Shown here one piece after another: positions 62,226 to 64,000 of a stretch of DNA of 64,000 nt (positions within the stretch are counted from its first letter, which is position 1; each line of letters begins with the position of its first letter). Where the stretch lies: positions 912,011-976,010 of the forward strand of contig NMRA01000049.1 of assembly GCA_002633005.1 (NCBI GenBank). Reading direction: 5' to 3'. This DNA comes from Phoronis australis (lineage: Eukaryota > Animalia > Phoronida). The notes under the pieces are model-generated. The model did not search any database and had not been told where the DNA came from. It was given only the letters and a program-made list of their open reading frames with translations. Made by a program: the position numbers and the translations under genes.

Positions 62226-64000
62226 GCAACATCAGTGTGAAAGTGACATGAGAGATGTTCTGCTTGCTTGTGGAATGTTCTTTTCGTGTGAATTAGAGAC
62301 ACATATTATATTTGGTTATTGAGTGCTTTGAATAAATACAGTCATACAACTGAATTCGTTGTTTGATTGCTCTTTCTAATTCATCTGAAATATTTGGAAC
62401 AAGTCATTCTACTTATATATTCTATTCTTGAAAATGAGTTGCAACAGTCTTCTTACATCTCTAACAAGTAAATTAACGCATCCAAGTTCTCCCAGTTCCA
62501 TGACTCATTCTCTTTTTAAGTCATTGGTCTCTGGGATCGGCTGTGTTTTCAATCGGGAGGCAGGAGGGGGCGGTGTAGTTGAGTCATATTATAACTTAAC
62601 TGCAGGGAAGGCTTTCATCAAGCGAGCATTCATGTGGCATCCAAATGAACACCCTGGCTCATGTTGATCCCCTGTTCAGTTTGTAAGCCAATGTAAAGTA
62701 AGCATTATAAATGTCTTTTCACTTGCTAACAGCAGCTTCAGAGCTCTTTGACCTGTCCTGAATGAAAAGTTAGTGCTTAAAAAACCTTATTGCTGACCCA
62801 TCTCTCCATACCAACATACTGTAACATACTAGAGCAGCAATTTGACCTGAGGTCATAAAGATGCTTTCACGCACCAGTGGTCATGGATGCTATCACAAAT
62901 AGGGAAACCCATTTTGGCATTTTGGCCATCTTATTTTTGAAATCCTGTATGAACATCTGCTGTGCATGCACACTGATGTACATACAAGTGAGCTATATGG
63001 AACTGAATGATTAATGAGGTATCGTAAATGAGGAAAAAATTGTCCCCAGCTTCTAACACTTTTGAATAAGTGGATCTGGTGTATAGTGTACTGTCAAGAA
63101 GTGTCATGGTTGAACAGTTAGGAATACATGGGTGACTGATTGAGTAGGTGGTGATAATGAAGAGATTCCCAGTGTTCTCCACATTTTCTTGTTTCAAACT
63201 GTTTGTCAGCTCTTGCTAGGCATTTGAATGCCTTGTCCAGTTTGAATAAATAATGACAGGTTAAGAATAAAGGCATCAACATTAAATGCAGTGTCTTAAC
63301 TGTTAAGATTAATTTAGGCTTAACAACAACTGGACCTTGTCCATTCAAAATGAACAAACACAAGGTATAACAAGGTAGGTAAAGGTGTAACTGGGACTAC
63401 AAGCTGGACTAAGAGAATGTTAGCAGCCATGTGCACGTTTGTTGACATTCAACTCTTTCTGTCATGTTTGTGTTTTCAGTTGTGGATGACACCACTTCCA
63501 TCTTTTTAAGGTCTGAATGAGTGCAGAAAGCTAGTCGTCTGCATAAGGATGTCTGTGGGCTGATTAAAGTCCTGCATGACTACCTGGGTACATCCATATC
63601 AGTGGGTTGGACCGTTGTCTCACCAGCACCTCCTAGTGAATTTTAGGTCACCCATTGTGTTTGTACACTAATTACTACTGAGCAATGTTCTTGTACTTTA
63701 TTGAGAAAGAAACTTGTAATCAGTCGCACACTCCATTGGCCATTTTCCTGTTGCCTTGTCTGTGACAAGACTTGCCTTATATTCATACATAGCCAGCCAG
63801 CTAGCTGTATGAAGACTATCGTCAAAATACAGCTTGGTACCGCTATGTGTTAATCTTCCTTAGACCCCGAAACTGCACACAGCCAAGGTAGTTCTGCTTG
63901 TCACCTTGCCGTGAAACCTGTATCAATATCTAGAGCTAAAGACCGGATGGGGTGCATGCAAAACCTGGAAATCAAACGACACTCAACTTGCCCGTTACAG

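Noticed and set aside
63985-64000. Terminal ...cccgttacag as acceptor for the next FoxJ2/3 exon
   Set aside because: Cannot be tested, because the exon would lie outside the window, and the pyrimidine tract is weak.

Overview
Eukaryotic genomic DNA, apparently from an AT-rich invertebrate animal; almost all ORFs in the supplied track are spurious. The first ~41 kb is a CpG-rich, apparently gene-free stretch of nested transposon debris: Kolobok elements (TTAA target duplications), PIF/Harbinger MITEs, Academ-type elements, an RTEX-like LINE tail, and several palindromes and foldbacks. It is followed by an 11-coding-exon + strand gene for a ~460-aa C11orf65/MFI-like IQ-motif protein (CDS 41611-51953), an 887-bp tandem duplication joined at an 'n' (probably an assembly artefact), and the first coding exon of a FoxJ2/3 forkhead gene (58562-58891) that runs out of the window. 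I found no clearly new biological system. The most notable signals are a MITE inserted into an inverted copy of itself, a minimal two-gene Kolobok relic, long foldback MITEs next to or inside both genes, an array of palindromes, degenerate hammerhead-like motifs, and an extra N-terminal IQ module in the MFI homologue. Family assignments come from remembered motifs, not database searches.
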